From Candidatus Latescibacterota bacterium (GTDB lineage: Bacteria; Latescibacterota; UBA2968; UBA8231), in NCBI GenBank assembly GCA_965243025.1, contig CBDETY010000003.1:4864001-4928000 (forward strand): DNA of 64,000 nucleotides, written 5' to 3'. Position 1 is the stretch's first letter. Every line of letters begins with the position of its first letter. Under the pieces are notes generated by a model that saw only the letters and a list, made by a program, of their open reading frames with translations, made no database searches and was not told where the DNA came from. Of this stretch, positions 9,952 through 19,043 are shown piece by piece. A program made the translations under genes and the position numbers.

Positions 9952-11334
9952 ATGTCACCATCAGGCGACTTCCTTCAGTCCTACGCCGAGGCGCGAAAGC
10001 AGTCTGCAGCCCTGTACGCCCGCGCCGCCGACGCGCTGGGTGGCGCGGTCGGTCACGACGTCCGCCACTTCGAGCCGGTTCCCATGTACGTCGCCCGCGG
10101 CGAGGGGGGCCGCAAGTGGGACGTCGACGGCAACGAGTACATCGACTTTCTGATGGGCAACGGCGCCCTGCTTCTCGGACACTCGCCTGCGGCCATAGTC
10201 GAGGCGGTTCAGCAGGCCCTGGCCGACGGCACCCACTTCGGCAACGACCACCCGCTGCACGTGGAGTGGGGGGAAATCGTCAGGCAGCTCGTTCCCTCGG
10301 CCGACAAGGTGCGGTTCGTCAACTCCGGCACGGAGGCGACGCTGCTCGCCCTGCGACTCGCCCGGGCGTTCACCGGGAAGAACAAGGTGCTCCGCTTCGA
10401 GGGCCACTTCCACGGCTGGCACGACGGCGTCGTCCACGGGTTCCAGCCGCCGTTCGACGCCGACGGCTCTCTCGGGGTGCCGCCCGAGGTCTGGCGCAGC
10501 TTCGTCACGGCGCCGGCCAACGACCTCGACCTGACCGGCGACATCCTCGCCGGGGACGGCGACATCGCCGCTGCCATCATCGAGCCGTCGGGGGCCTCGT
10601 GGGGGCGCATCCCCACCGAGCCGGAGTTCCTCCACGGTCTGCGCGCCCTGACGTCGAAACGGGAGGTGCTGCTGATTTTCGATGAAGTGGTCACCGGTTT
10701 CCGCCTCGCCCCGGGGGGCGCCGGGCAGTACTACGGCATCACTCCGGACCTGTCCTGCTTCGCCAAGATCCTCGCCGGGGGAATGCCCGGCGGCGCCGTG
10801 ACCGGGGGCGAGGAGATCATGTCGCTGTTCGATTTCACCGGCGACGCCGAGCGCGACCGCCACCGGCGCGTCGTCCACTTCGGAACCTTCAACGCCTCGC
10901 CGCTTTCGGCCGCCGCGGGCATCGCCTGCCTGCAACAGGTGGCTGCGGGAGAGCCAATACGAAAGGCGGACCGCCTGGCGGCGCAGCTGCGGGCCGGTTT
11001 CGAGGAGGTCCTCGAGCGCCACGGCATCGCCGGCTACGTCTACGGCATCAGCTCGACATTCCACGTCTTCTTCGAGACCGACGCCGCGGTTGCCGCCGCG
11101 GCGGGGAAACGGGACGACCTGCGCACCAACGACCCGCGCAAGCTCAAGGGAATGCCCGGTGAGCTGATCAACAGCTACCAGCGCCATCTGCGCTACCATG
11201 GCGTCGACAACATGAGCTCGACGGGGGGCGTGCTCTCGTCGGCGCACAGCGGCCGCGATCTCGAGGAGGCGACCGCCGCCTTCGAAAAGACCGTCCTGGC
11301 GCTGGCGGCGGAGGGGCTGATTCTCAGGCTTTAG
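9952..11334 (+). CDS. Class III aminotransferase (glutamate-1-semialdehyde aminomutase-like)
   Basis: WDVDGNEYIDF, NSGTEA, FDEVVTGFR, and the PLP lysine in FAKILAGG. Confidence 0.88.
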   Translation: MSPSGDFLQSYAEARKQSAALYARAADALGGAVGHDVRHFEPVPMYVARGEGGRKWDVDGNEYIDFLMGNGALLLGHSPAAIVEAVQQALADGTHFGNDHPLHVEWGEIVRQLVPSADKVRFVNSGTEATLLALRLARAFTGKNKVLRFEGHFHGWHDGVVHGFQPPFDADGSLGVPPEVWRSFVTAPANDLDLTGDILAGDGDIAAAIIEPSGASWGRIPTEPEFLHGLRALTSKREVLLIFDEVVTGFRLAPGGAGQYYGITPDLSCFAKILAGGMPGGAVTGGEEIMSLFDFTGDAERDRHRRVVHFGTFNASPLSAAAGIACLQQVAAGEPIRKADRLAAQLRAGFEEVLERHGIAGYVYGISSTFHVFFETDAAVAAAAGKRDDLRTNDPRKLKGMPGELINSYQRHLRYHGVDNMSSTGGVLSSAHSGRDLEEATAAFEKTVLALAAEGLILRL

Positions 11335-11560
11335 CTGCCCCCTGAAAGTTCATCCGGGCTGCGGCTTGCCCTGGGCGGCCGAGACCCCTTCGGGCTGGTG
11401 TCGAGAACGGCTTTGCCGTTCCCTGAAACGCTCGACAGACCGTTCAGCAGCCGGCGTTGCGCTCCGTCCCGAAGTCCTCTGCGATTCTACTCGGCCGCAC
11501 ACCTTCTCTTCGACCGCCTGACCCGGTCCTGCCTTCAGGACAGCTGTATCAAGGGGGTTG
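11335..11560. mobile_element. Degenerate MITE copy, homologous in inverted orientation to 26662-26944
   Basis: Shares CATCCGGGCT...CCCTTCGGG...GAACGGCTTTGCCGTT-CCTGAAACGCTCGA...CGGCGTTGCGCTCC with the reverse complement of the 26.7 kb copy; terminal repeats are eroded. Confidence 0.75.
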
Positions 11561-11573
11561 TCAGGCCCTGCCC

Positions 11574-12581
11574 TTACGGGTTCCAGACCCGCTCGAACAG
11601 GCTCATCCAGTTACCGCCCAGCAGCCTGGCGATGTCCTCGCCGCCGTACCCCCGGTTCGCCAGCGCCTCGGCGAGGTTGGGGAACTCCGCCGGGCTGTCG
11701 ATCCCCTTCGGCTGAAAGCTCAGCTCGGTGTACGGGATCGAGCCGTCGGCGAAGGTCGAGGGGAACTTCGTCCCCTGCTGCGAGGAGATGTAATGCCAGA
11801 ACTCCAGGGGCTGGTCGTGGGTGGAGTCGGTGCCGATGGCCACGTGGTCGATGCCGATCCGCTCGACCATGTCGTCGATGGCATCGACGAAATCCTCGAC
11901 CGTCGAGTCGAACCCCTTCGGGAGGAAGTTGGCGAAGGACGTGGCGCCGACGACGCCCCCCTTTTCGGCGAGGGCGACGAGGGCCTCTTCCTCCTTGTTG
12001 CGCCGGTGGCCGCAGAAGGTGCGGGCGTTGGCATGGGTGATGGCGACCGGCTGCTCGGAGACCTCGATGGCGTCCAGCGTCGTCTTCGGGCCGACGTGCG
12101 ACAGGTCGACGACGATCCCGAGCCGGTTCATTTCGCGCACCGCGTCGATGCCGAAGTTGCTGAGGCCGGCGTCGTTCCGCTCCCAGCAGCCGCTGCCGAG
12201 CAGGTTGGTCTCGTGGTAGGTCACCTGGATCACCCGCACCCCGAGGGAGAGGAAGAGCCCGAGGCGGTCGAGGTCGTTCTCTATCGGGGAGGCGTTCTGG
12301 AAACCGAGGATGATCCCGGTCTTGCCGAGCTTCTTGGCGGCGTGGATGTCGGCGGTCTCCTTCACCTGCAGGATGTCCTCGCGCTCGCGAAAGCGCCGCA
12401 TCCAGGCCGACAGGTGGTCCATGGTCTGCAGGAAGTTCTCCCACGTCGCCACCGTGGCGTTGATGGCGGTGATGTTGCCGGCCCGCAGCCGCTCGAACAC
12501 GGCGTCGCTCTCCCAGTTGCTGACGTTGAGACCGTCTATCACGATCGCCTCGTCGTAGATCCGTCTCGCTTCGCTCGCCAT
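11574..12581 (-). CDS. M19 membrane (renal) dipeptidase family protein
   Basis: IDGL, LGFQN, VDLSH, ITHAN and IGTD motifs. Confidence 0.88.
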   Translation of the reverse strand: MASEARRIYDEAIVIDGLNVSNWESDAVFERLRAGNITAINATVATWENFLQTMDHLSAWMRRFREREDILQVKETADIHAAKKLGKTGIILGFQNASPIENDLDRLGLFLSLGVRVIQVTYHETNLLGSGCWERNDAGLSNFGIDAVREMNRLGIVVDLSHVGPKTTLDAIEVSEQPVAITHANARTFCGHRRNKEEEALVALAEKGGVVGATSFANFLPKGFDSTVEDFVDAIDDMVERIGIDHVAIGTDSTHDQPLEFWHYISSQQGTKFPSTFADGSIPYTELSFQPKGIDSPAEFPNLAEALANRGYGGEDIARLLGGNWMSLFERVWNP

Positions 12582-13723
12582 CAGTCGGCTCCTTTCTCGA
12601 ACCTCGTTCCGATCCGGAACAGGTCTCCCAGGCGGTTCTCCCTGTCTTCCAGGGCGTCGGCGATCACCGGCCCGATCGAGCCCCCGAACTTGAAGCCGTG
12701 GCCGCAGCCGCAGCCGGCGATCAGCACCCTCTCACACCCCGGGGCCCAGTCAATTACGAACTGTTCGTCCTCCATGTCGGCCATGTTGGTGTAGAGACAG
12801 GAACGGCCCCCGGCCAGCCCGGCCCCGTCGAGGGCGGGGATGCGCGCCGCGACGAACTCCCGCGCCCAGGCGAGGAACTCCGGCGTCGGCTCGCGGGAGA
12901 CATCGACCTCGGTGTCGTCCACCTTGCTGTCCTCTGCCACCTTCACCAACCCCTCGTGCAGGTAAGGGAAGCCGTACCAGAGGTTTCCGGGGGACAGGAT
13001 CGACCACACCGGAAGGCGGCCGCGCTCGAAGGGGGCCGGGTCCTTCGGGTGGAAGAAGGCCATCTGCTGCCTCGTAATGCGCACCCGGGCCGCCATCGCC
13101 GGCAGCAGCTCCCCCACCCAGGGGCCGGCCGCCACCACGGCGCGGTCGCAGTCCCGCGATCCGGTGTCCCACCTTACCCTGGCCCCGGAGGGGGTTTCTT
13201 CGACCGCCGTCACCGGGGTGTTCTCGCGAATCTCCACACCTGCTTCCCGGGCAAGTCCGGCGAGGTCGGCCAGCGCCTGACCGCTGCGCAGGTACCCCGC
13301 CCAGGGATCGAAGAACAGCCGGTCCTCGTCGCTTACCGAGAACTGCGGAAACCGCCGGTTCACCTCTGCCGCGGTCAGCTCGGAGACATCCTTGCCCAGC
13401 CGGCTCAGCGTCTCCCAGCCGGCCAGCGCCTCGTGTTCCGGTCCGAAACCGTTGACGGCGATCAGCTTGCCGGTCTGGAAGTAGATGGAGCCGCTGGTGC
13501 GCTCGTGCCATTCCCGCCACTGGGCGGCCGCCCGCGTCACCAGCTCGACGTAGATCTCGTTCGGGTAGTTGGTGCGCCGGATCACCTTGGAAACATCGGT
13601 GCTCGACGCTTCCGGGTTGGGGATCCCGCCGCGCTCGAACAGGGTCACCCCGTGTCCGCGCCGGCGCAGCTCGAGCGCCGCGGCCATGCCGAAGATTCCC
13701 GCCCCTGCGATGCAGGTTTTCAT
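12581..13723 (-). CDS. FAD-dependent amine oxidase (monomeric sarcosine oxidase/SolA-like)
   Basis: GAGIFG Rossmann motif, SSTDVSKVIR, CLYT (covalent FAD Cys), GHGFKFG. Confidence 0.88.
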   Translation of the reverse strand: MKTCIAGAGIFGMAAALELRRRGHGVTLFERGGIPNPEASSTDVSKVIRRTNYPNEIYVELVTRAAAQWREWHERTSGSIYFQTGKLIAVNGFGPEHEALAGWETLSRLGKDVSELTAAEVNRRFPQFSVSDEDRLFFDPWAGYLRSGQALADLAGLAREAGVEIRENTPVTAVEETPSGARVRWDTGSRDCDRAVVAAGPWVGELLPAMAARVRITRQQMAFFHPKDPAPFERGRLPVWSILSPGNLWYGFPYLHEGLVKVAEDSKVDDTEVDVSREPTPEFLAWAREFVAARIPALDGAGLAGGRSCLYTNMADMEDEQFVIDWAPGCERVLIAGCGCGHGFKFGGSIGPVIADALEDRENRLGDLFRIGTRFEKGAD

Positions 13724-13813
13724 GCTCTCAAGTTCGCCCCTGGCGGCGGCTGGTTCAAACCCCGGTTTCGGCCGGGAACAGGACGGTCCGTGTCATTTGG
13801 CGTCCGGCCAGGC

Positions 13814-14647
13814 TCAGCCCGCCTCTCCCGCGCTGGCGCGCCGGCGCAGCCATTCCACGGCGAACAGCAGCAGCACGGCAAAGAGGATCAGGAACGCAGC
13901 CACCGCCAGGATGGTCGGGCTGATCTGCTCGCGGATGCCGGCCCACATCTGGCGCGGGATGGTGCGCTGCTCGAGGGCGGCCATGAAGAGCACCACCACC
14001 ACTTCGTCAAAGGACGTGGCGAATGCGAAGAGCCCCCCCGAGAACACCCCCGGCGCGATCAGGGGCAACTGCACCCTGCGGAAGGTGCGCAGCGGTCCGG
14101 CCCCCAGGCTGGCGGCCGCCCGCGTCAGGTTCGCGTCGAAGGCGGACAGCGTCGCGGTTACCGTAATCACGACGAACGGCGTGCCCAGCGCCGCGTGCGC
14201 CAGTATCAGGCCGAGGTAGGTCTGTGACAACCCGAGGCTCGAGTAGAAGAAGAACATGCCCGCCGCCGAGATGATGACCGGGGTAACCATCGGCGAGATC
14301 AGCAGTCCCATGACCAGCCGCCGGGCCGGCATGGCGGCGCTCGACAGCCCCAGGGCGGCGAGCGTTCCGAGCGCGGTCGCCAGCCCCGTCGAGGCGACGC
14401 CGATCACCAGGCTGTTGACCAGGGCGCGGGTCCAGGCATCCTCCTCGACGATCTGCCGGTACCAGCGCAGCGAGTAGGCCTCGGAGTCGAGGCGCAGCAT
14501 GCCCTCGGTGAACGTGAAGTAGGGCTCGGCGTTGAAGCTCAACGGCACGATCACCAGGATCGGCGCGACGAGAAAGGCGAACACCGCGGCGCACAACGCC
14601 AGGTACCCGAGCCTGAGCAGGCGCTCCCTGGGTTCCAGTGGGGTCAT
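13814..14647 (-). CDS. Polyamine-type ABC transporter permease (PotC-like)
   Basis: Six TM helices; AAASLGA EAA-loop; SFDEVVV. Confidence 0.9.
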   Translation of the reverse strand: MTPLEPRERLLRLGYLALCAAVFAFLVAPILVIVPLSFNAEPYFTFTEGMLRLDSEAYSLRWYRQIVEEDAWTRALVNSLVIGVASTGLATALGTLAALGLSSAAMPARRLVMGLLISPMVTPVIISAAGMFFFYSSLGLSQTYLGLILAHAALGTPFVVITVTATLSAFDANLTRAAASLGAGPLRTFRRVQLPLIAPGVFSGGLFAFATSFDEVVVVLFMAALEQRTIPRQMWAGIREQISPTILAVAAFLILFAVLLLFAVEWLRRRASAGEAG

Positions 14648-14648
14648 T

Positions 14649-15896
14649 TCAGCCCAGCCGCATGCGCTCGACCCCCACGAGGCGGTCGTACAGCCAGTAG
14701 AGCGCGATCACGCAGACCAGCAGGATGCCGCCCAGGGCGGCGGCGAGGGACCAGTTGAGGGAAGTCTGCATGTGGTAGGCGATCATGTTGGAGATCAGCT
14801 GGCCGCTGCTGCCCCCAACCAGGGCCGGAGTGATGTAGTAGCCGATGGCGAGGATGAAGACCAGCAGCGAGCCGGCGCCGACGCCGGGGAGCGTCTGCGG
14901 CCAGTAGACGCGCCGGAAGGCCTGCAGCGGACCGGCCCCCAGAGAGGCCGCGGCGCTCATCTGGACCGGCGGGATGGCGCGCATGATCGAGTAGAGGGGC
15001 AGCACCATGAAGGGGAGCAGCACGTGGGTCATGGCCACGAAGGTTCCGGTCATGTTGTAGATCATGGCGAGCCGGCCTTCGTCGCCGACGAGCCCCAGGG
15101 CCACGAGGGCGTCGTTGAGAACCCCCTGGTTCTGAAGCAGGACGATCCAGGAGGTCGTCCGCACCAGCAGCGAGGTCCAGAACGGGACGAGGACAAGCGC
15201 CAGAAGCAGGTTGGCGCGGTGCGGCGGGGCGTGGGCGATCAGGTGGGCGATGGGGTAGCCGAGGATCAGGCACACCCCGGTGATTCCCAGGCTCACCAGC
15301 AGGGTCCGCCACAGCAGGGACAGGTAAATCCGGCGCTCCTCGGGCTGGCGGGCGACCGAGCCGTCCGGCAGCCGCTGCAGGTCGACGGCGTTCAGGTAAT
15401 GCCGCGCCGTGAACCTCTCCCCGGCGCTGCGGATCGCGTGCCAGGTCCGCACCTCCCCCCAGGCGCCGTCGACCCCGATCATCGCCTCGCGCCAGGGCCC
15501 TTCGCCGACCTTCTGCAGCTTCCGGGCGCTCCGCGTCAGGACGCTGCGCAGGCCGCCCTGCACGCGGTTCACGCGGCTGGCGACCTGGCCGAGGGTGCGC
15601 TCCCCCCGCGCCTTCACCAGCTCCCGGGCGGCTGCCTCGTACACCGCCTCGCCGGGGGTGCCCTTGCCGTCCCACTGGCGCAGCAGGTCGAGGGTTCTGG
15701 GGAGGGCGTCCGAGACCACCGGGTCGTACACGCTGCGCACGAGCATGTTTCCCAGCGGCGCGAGGAAGGTCAGGGCGATGAACGCCAGCAGCGGGAGCAC
15801 CAGTCCCGCGGCGCGCAGCCGGGGGCGGAGGTTCGAGTAATCGATGGTTATTTCAACCTCGGACGATGGTATGGGATTCCGGAATCGTCGACTCAC
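14649..15896 (-). CDS. Polyamine-type ABC transporter permease (PotB-like, large periplasmic loop)
   Basis: PFWTSLLVRT, LPFMVLPLY and GYYITPALVGG. Confidence 0.9.
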   Translation of the reverse strand: MSRRFRNPIPSSEVEITIDYSNLRPRLRAAGLVLPLLAFIALTFLAPLGNMLVRSVYDPVVSDALPRTLDLLRQWDGKGTPGEAVYEAAARELVKARGERTLGQVASRVNRVQGGLRSVLTRSARKLQKVGEGPWREAMIGVDGAWGEVRTWHAIRSAGERFTARHYLNAVDLQRLPDGSVARQPEERRIYLSLLWRTLLVSLGITGVCLILGYPIAHLIAHAPPHRANLLLALVLVPFWTSLLVRTTSWIVLLQNQGVLNDALVALGLVGDEGRLAMIYNMTGTFVAMTHVLLPFMVLPLYSIMRAIPPVQMSAAASLGAGPLQAFRRVYWPQTLPGVGAGSLLVFILAIGYYITPALVGGSSGQLISNMIAYHMQTSLNWSLAAALGGILLVCVIALYWLYDRLVGVERMRLG

Positions 15897-15924
15897 TTCA
15901 GAACCGGTGATTGCCCATGGTTCC

Positions 15925-17025
15925 TCACCGGGCCAGCCAGGTGCTGAAACGCTCGTTCATTTCGTCGCCGTGATCGCTCCACCATTCCCAGTCGTTGTGC
16001 AGGGCGCGCTTCGAGTTCTGCTCGCTCGTGGGCATGTGCGGGCTCATTTCCACCCCCTTTTCGGCATGCGTCGAGATCAGGGGCATCGCCGACCGGCGCG
16101 TCGGACTGTAGGCGATGTAGCGCCCGACGTCGGCGCTCGACCGGGCCGTCGAGGCGAAAGCGACGAACTTCATCGCCGCTTCGAGTCTGGGAGTCCCGGC
16201 GACAACGGCCAGCCCGCCGGTATCCAGCACCTGCCCGTCCCAGACGATGACGAAGGGCTGGTCTTCCAGCACCTGGGCGTTGAAGATGCGGCCGTTGTAG
16301 GCCGTGCTCATCACCACCTCGCCGTCGGCGAGCATCTGCGGCGGCTGCGCGCCGGCCTCCCACCAGACGATGTGCTCCTTGATGGTATCGAGCTTGCGGA
16401 AGGCGCGGTCCACCCCCCCGGGGGTATCGAGGGTTGCATACACCTCGTCGAGCGGCACCCCGTCGGCGATCAGGGCGAACTCCAGGTTCACCAGCGGCGA
16501 GCGGCGCATGCCCCGGCGGCCGGGGAATTTCTCCAGGTCGAAGAAATCCGCCATGGTGGCGGGTTTCTCGCCGGCGATGTTCTTCTCGTTGTAGGCGTAC
16601 ACCGTCGAGTAGAAAATCGTGGCAGGGCCGCAATCGGTGACCGTCCCCTCGACGAAATCCTCGGCTGCAGGCGTCCCGTCGGCTCCGGCCGGCAGCGAGT
16701 CGATCTCGACGACCTCGAGCAGGCCCTCGTCGCAGCCGCGCACCAGGTCCGGGATCTCGAGGTCGACCACGTCCCAGTAGACGTTGCCCACGTCGACCTG
16801 GGCGCGGATCTGCGCCAGCCCGCCGTTGTAGTCCTCGAGATTGATGGCGATTCCCGTTTCCGCGGTGAAGCGCTCGTGGTAGCCCTTGACGCAGGCGCGC
16901 GCATAGGACCCGCCCCAGGATACCACCGTCAGGGACTGCTCCTCGGCAATTGCGCTCCTCCATGGCAGCAAGGCAGCGGCGATCAGCGCCGCGAAGGGAA
17001 CAGCTCTTCTCTCCCTGTTCTTCAT
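15925..17025 (-). CDS. Polyamine-type ABC substrate-binding protein (PotD/PotF-like)
   Basis: Signal peptide; VVSWGGSY, DFFDLEKFPGRRG, AYNGRIF; start taken at MKNRERR. Confidence 0.9.
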   Translation of the reverse strand: MKNRERRAVPFAALIAAALLPWRSAIAEEQSLTVVSWGGSYARACVKGYHERFTAETGIAINLEDYNGGLAQIRAQVDVGNVYWDVVDLEIPDLVRGCDEGLLEVVEIDSLPAGADGTPAAEDFVEGTVTDCGPATIFYSTVYAYNEKNIAGEKPATMADFFDLEKFPGRRGMRRSPLVNLEFALIADGVPLDEVYATLDTPGGVDRAFRKLDTIKEHIVWWEAGAQPPQMLADGEVVMSTAYNGRIFNAQVLEDQPFVIVWDGQVLDTGGLAVVAGTPRLEAAMKFVAFASTARSSADVGRYIAYSPTRRSAMPLISTHAEKGVEMSPHMPTSEQNSKRALHNDWEWWSDHGDEMNERFSTWLAR

Positions 17026-17285
17026 CTTTCTGCTCCTGTCGTTCTGTTTTGGGTCGGGTTCCCGGTTCTTCGGAGTACCGGCCGGTTTGACTCCAGGTTC
17101 TTCAGCAACAGGGGTTGCCAACTCCCCTATGTCAGGATTTTCCGGGTTGCCCGTGATTCACGGCGATTGCCCGATGCAAAACTAAGCACGATGATTTTGC
17201 CCGGTCCCCTATCCTGCAGATTGCCTCATGGGTATCCGGGACGTCCGCTTGGCGTATAAACCTGAACCACGGATCGAGGTGTGGC

Positions 17286-18902
17286 ATGAATTACGATACC
17301 CAAACGCTCCGGGGGGATCTCTTCGGCGGCATTACCTCCATGGTGGTGGCACTGCCTGTCGCGCTGGCCTTCGGGGTGGCGTCGGGACTGGGGGCGGCCG
17401 CCGGCCTGTACGGGGCGATCGCGGTCGGCTTCTTCGCGTCGGTATTCGGCGGGACGCGGTCCCAGATATCCGGCCCCACCGGGCCGATGGCGGTCGCCAT
17501 GGCCGTCATCGTCACCAGCCGCGCGGCCGACCTGACCGAAGCCCTGACCATCGTCGTCCTGGCCGGACTCCTGCAGGTGATTCTCGGCCTGTCGAAAGTC
17601 GGCCGCTTCGTCGTTTACACCCCGCACGTGGTCGTTTCCGGTTTCATGTCCGGCATCGGCATCATCATCATTCTGATTCAAAGCATGCCCTTCCTCGGAT
17701 CCCCTACCGCCCTGGGGGGACCCATGGCCGCGGTCAGGGCGTTGCCGGAGGCGGTGGGCAATATCGATTTCGGCGCCTTCGCCATCGCCGCGGTCACCCT
17801 CGCCGCCGCGGCGCTCTGGCCTCGGCGGCTGTCGCGATTCCTGCCCGCTCTCCTCGTGGCCCTGATCGCCGGCACGCTGCTGGGCGTCCTGTGGCTGCGC
17901 GACGCTCCGGTCATCGGACCGATACCGACCGACCTGCCCAGCCTGCAGTTCACCCTGCCCTCCGCAGGTTTCCTGGTGCGCGCCCTGGAACCGGCCCTCA
18001 TCCTCGCCCTGCTCGGCTCCATAGACAGCCTCCTCACCTCGCTGGTGGCCGATTCGCTGACCGGCACGCGCCACAACCCGAACCGCGAGCTCGTGGGCCA
18101 GGGTATCGGCAACATGGTCTCCGGGCTGTTCGGCGGCGTGCCCGGGGCAGGCGCCACCATGGGCACGGTGACCAACATTCGCGCCGGGGGTCAGACTCAG
18201 GTATCGGGGGCACTACGGGCCCTGCTCCTGCTGGCGCTGCTGCTGGGCCTCGGCCGCTACGTCGAGCCGATCCCCCATGCGGCTCTCGCCGGCATCCTCG
18301 TGAAAGTGGGCTGGGACATCATCGACTGGCGCCTCCTCACCCGGGTTCACCGCATCCGGCGGGAGCATCTCCTGGTCATGGGGATCACCCTGGGGCTCAC
18401 GGTTTTCGTCGACCTGGTGACCGCCGTGGCGATAGGGCTGATCGCCGCGGGCATGGCCAACGCGCGGCAGCTGGAACGCCTCGAGCTCGACAGCGTGGTC
18501 TCGGTGCCGCTGATGGACCAGACGTTCTTCTCGGAACAGGAGGATGCGGCGGGGATGGATCCGTATTCGGCCCGCGTCGGCCTGGTCGCCCTCAGGGGGA
18601 GCTTCACCGTCTCCTCCTCCAACAAGCTGGTGGGAGTGATAGGCGGGGACATCAAGGATCACGAGGTCGTAATCTTCGACTTCTCGGACGCCACCTACCT
18701 CGACGACAGCGCCGCCATGTTGATCGCCCAGCTCCTGGAGGTCGCGGAAAAGGAGCATACCGAGTCGATCGTGATGGGCCTCAAGGGACCTGTTGCCGAG
18801 ACCCTTTACGGTCTCGATATCCTGCGCAACGTACCCGAGAAACAGATCGTCGGATCGCTGGACGAGGCGCGGCCGGTAGCCAGGGACCTCCTCGACGGCT
18901 GA
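17286..18902 (+). CDS. SulP/SLC26 anion transporter with C-terminal STAS domain
   Basis: GDLFGG...ALPVALAFG, QISGPTG, NPNRELVGQG; STAS segment IFDFSDATYLDDS. Confidence 0.92.
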   Translation: MNYDTQTLRGDLFGGITSMVVALPVALAFGVASGLGAAAGLYGAIAVGFFASVFGGTRSQISGPTGPMAVAMAVIVTSRAADLTEALTIVVLAGLLQVILGLSKVGRFVVYTPHVVVSGFMSGIGIIIILIQSMPFLGSPTALGGPMAAVRALPEAVGNIDFGAFAIAAVTLAAAALWPRRLSRFLPALLVALIAGTLLGVLWLRDAPVIGPIPTDLPSLQFTLPSAGFLVRALEPALILALLGSIDSLLTSLVADSLTGTRHNPNRELVGQGIGNMVSGLFGGVPGAGATMGTVTNIRAGGQTQVSGALRALLLLALLLGLGRYVEPIPHAALAGILVKVGWDIIDWRLLTRVHRIRREHLLVMGITLGLTVFVDLVTAVAIGLIAAGMANARQLERLELDSVVSVPLMDQTFFSEQEDAAGMDPYSARVGLVALRGSFTVSSSNKLVGVIGGDIKDHEVVIFDFSDATYLDDSAAMLIAQLLEVAEKEHTESIVMGLKGPVAETLYGLDILRNVPEKQIVGSLDEARPVARDLLDG

Positions 18903-19043
18903 GGGGGATGCGGCCGCATCAGCGGCGCGCGCGCCTGTCTTCACGCCGCGACTTCGGCGTTCTGTCCGGTCCCCGGCTGGCTGTGGTTTGCCGCCCCCTG
19001 GAGGTCTTGGACCGGGTGTACCGAAGCTCGCGCGACGATCCCC

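Noticed and set aside
18903-19043. Imperfect long hairpin between sulP and the NCS2 gene
   Set aside because: The stems are short and GC-rich, compatible with chance or a simple bidirectional terminator; no second copy was seen.
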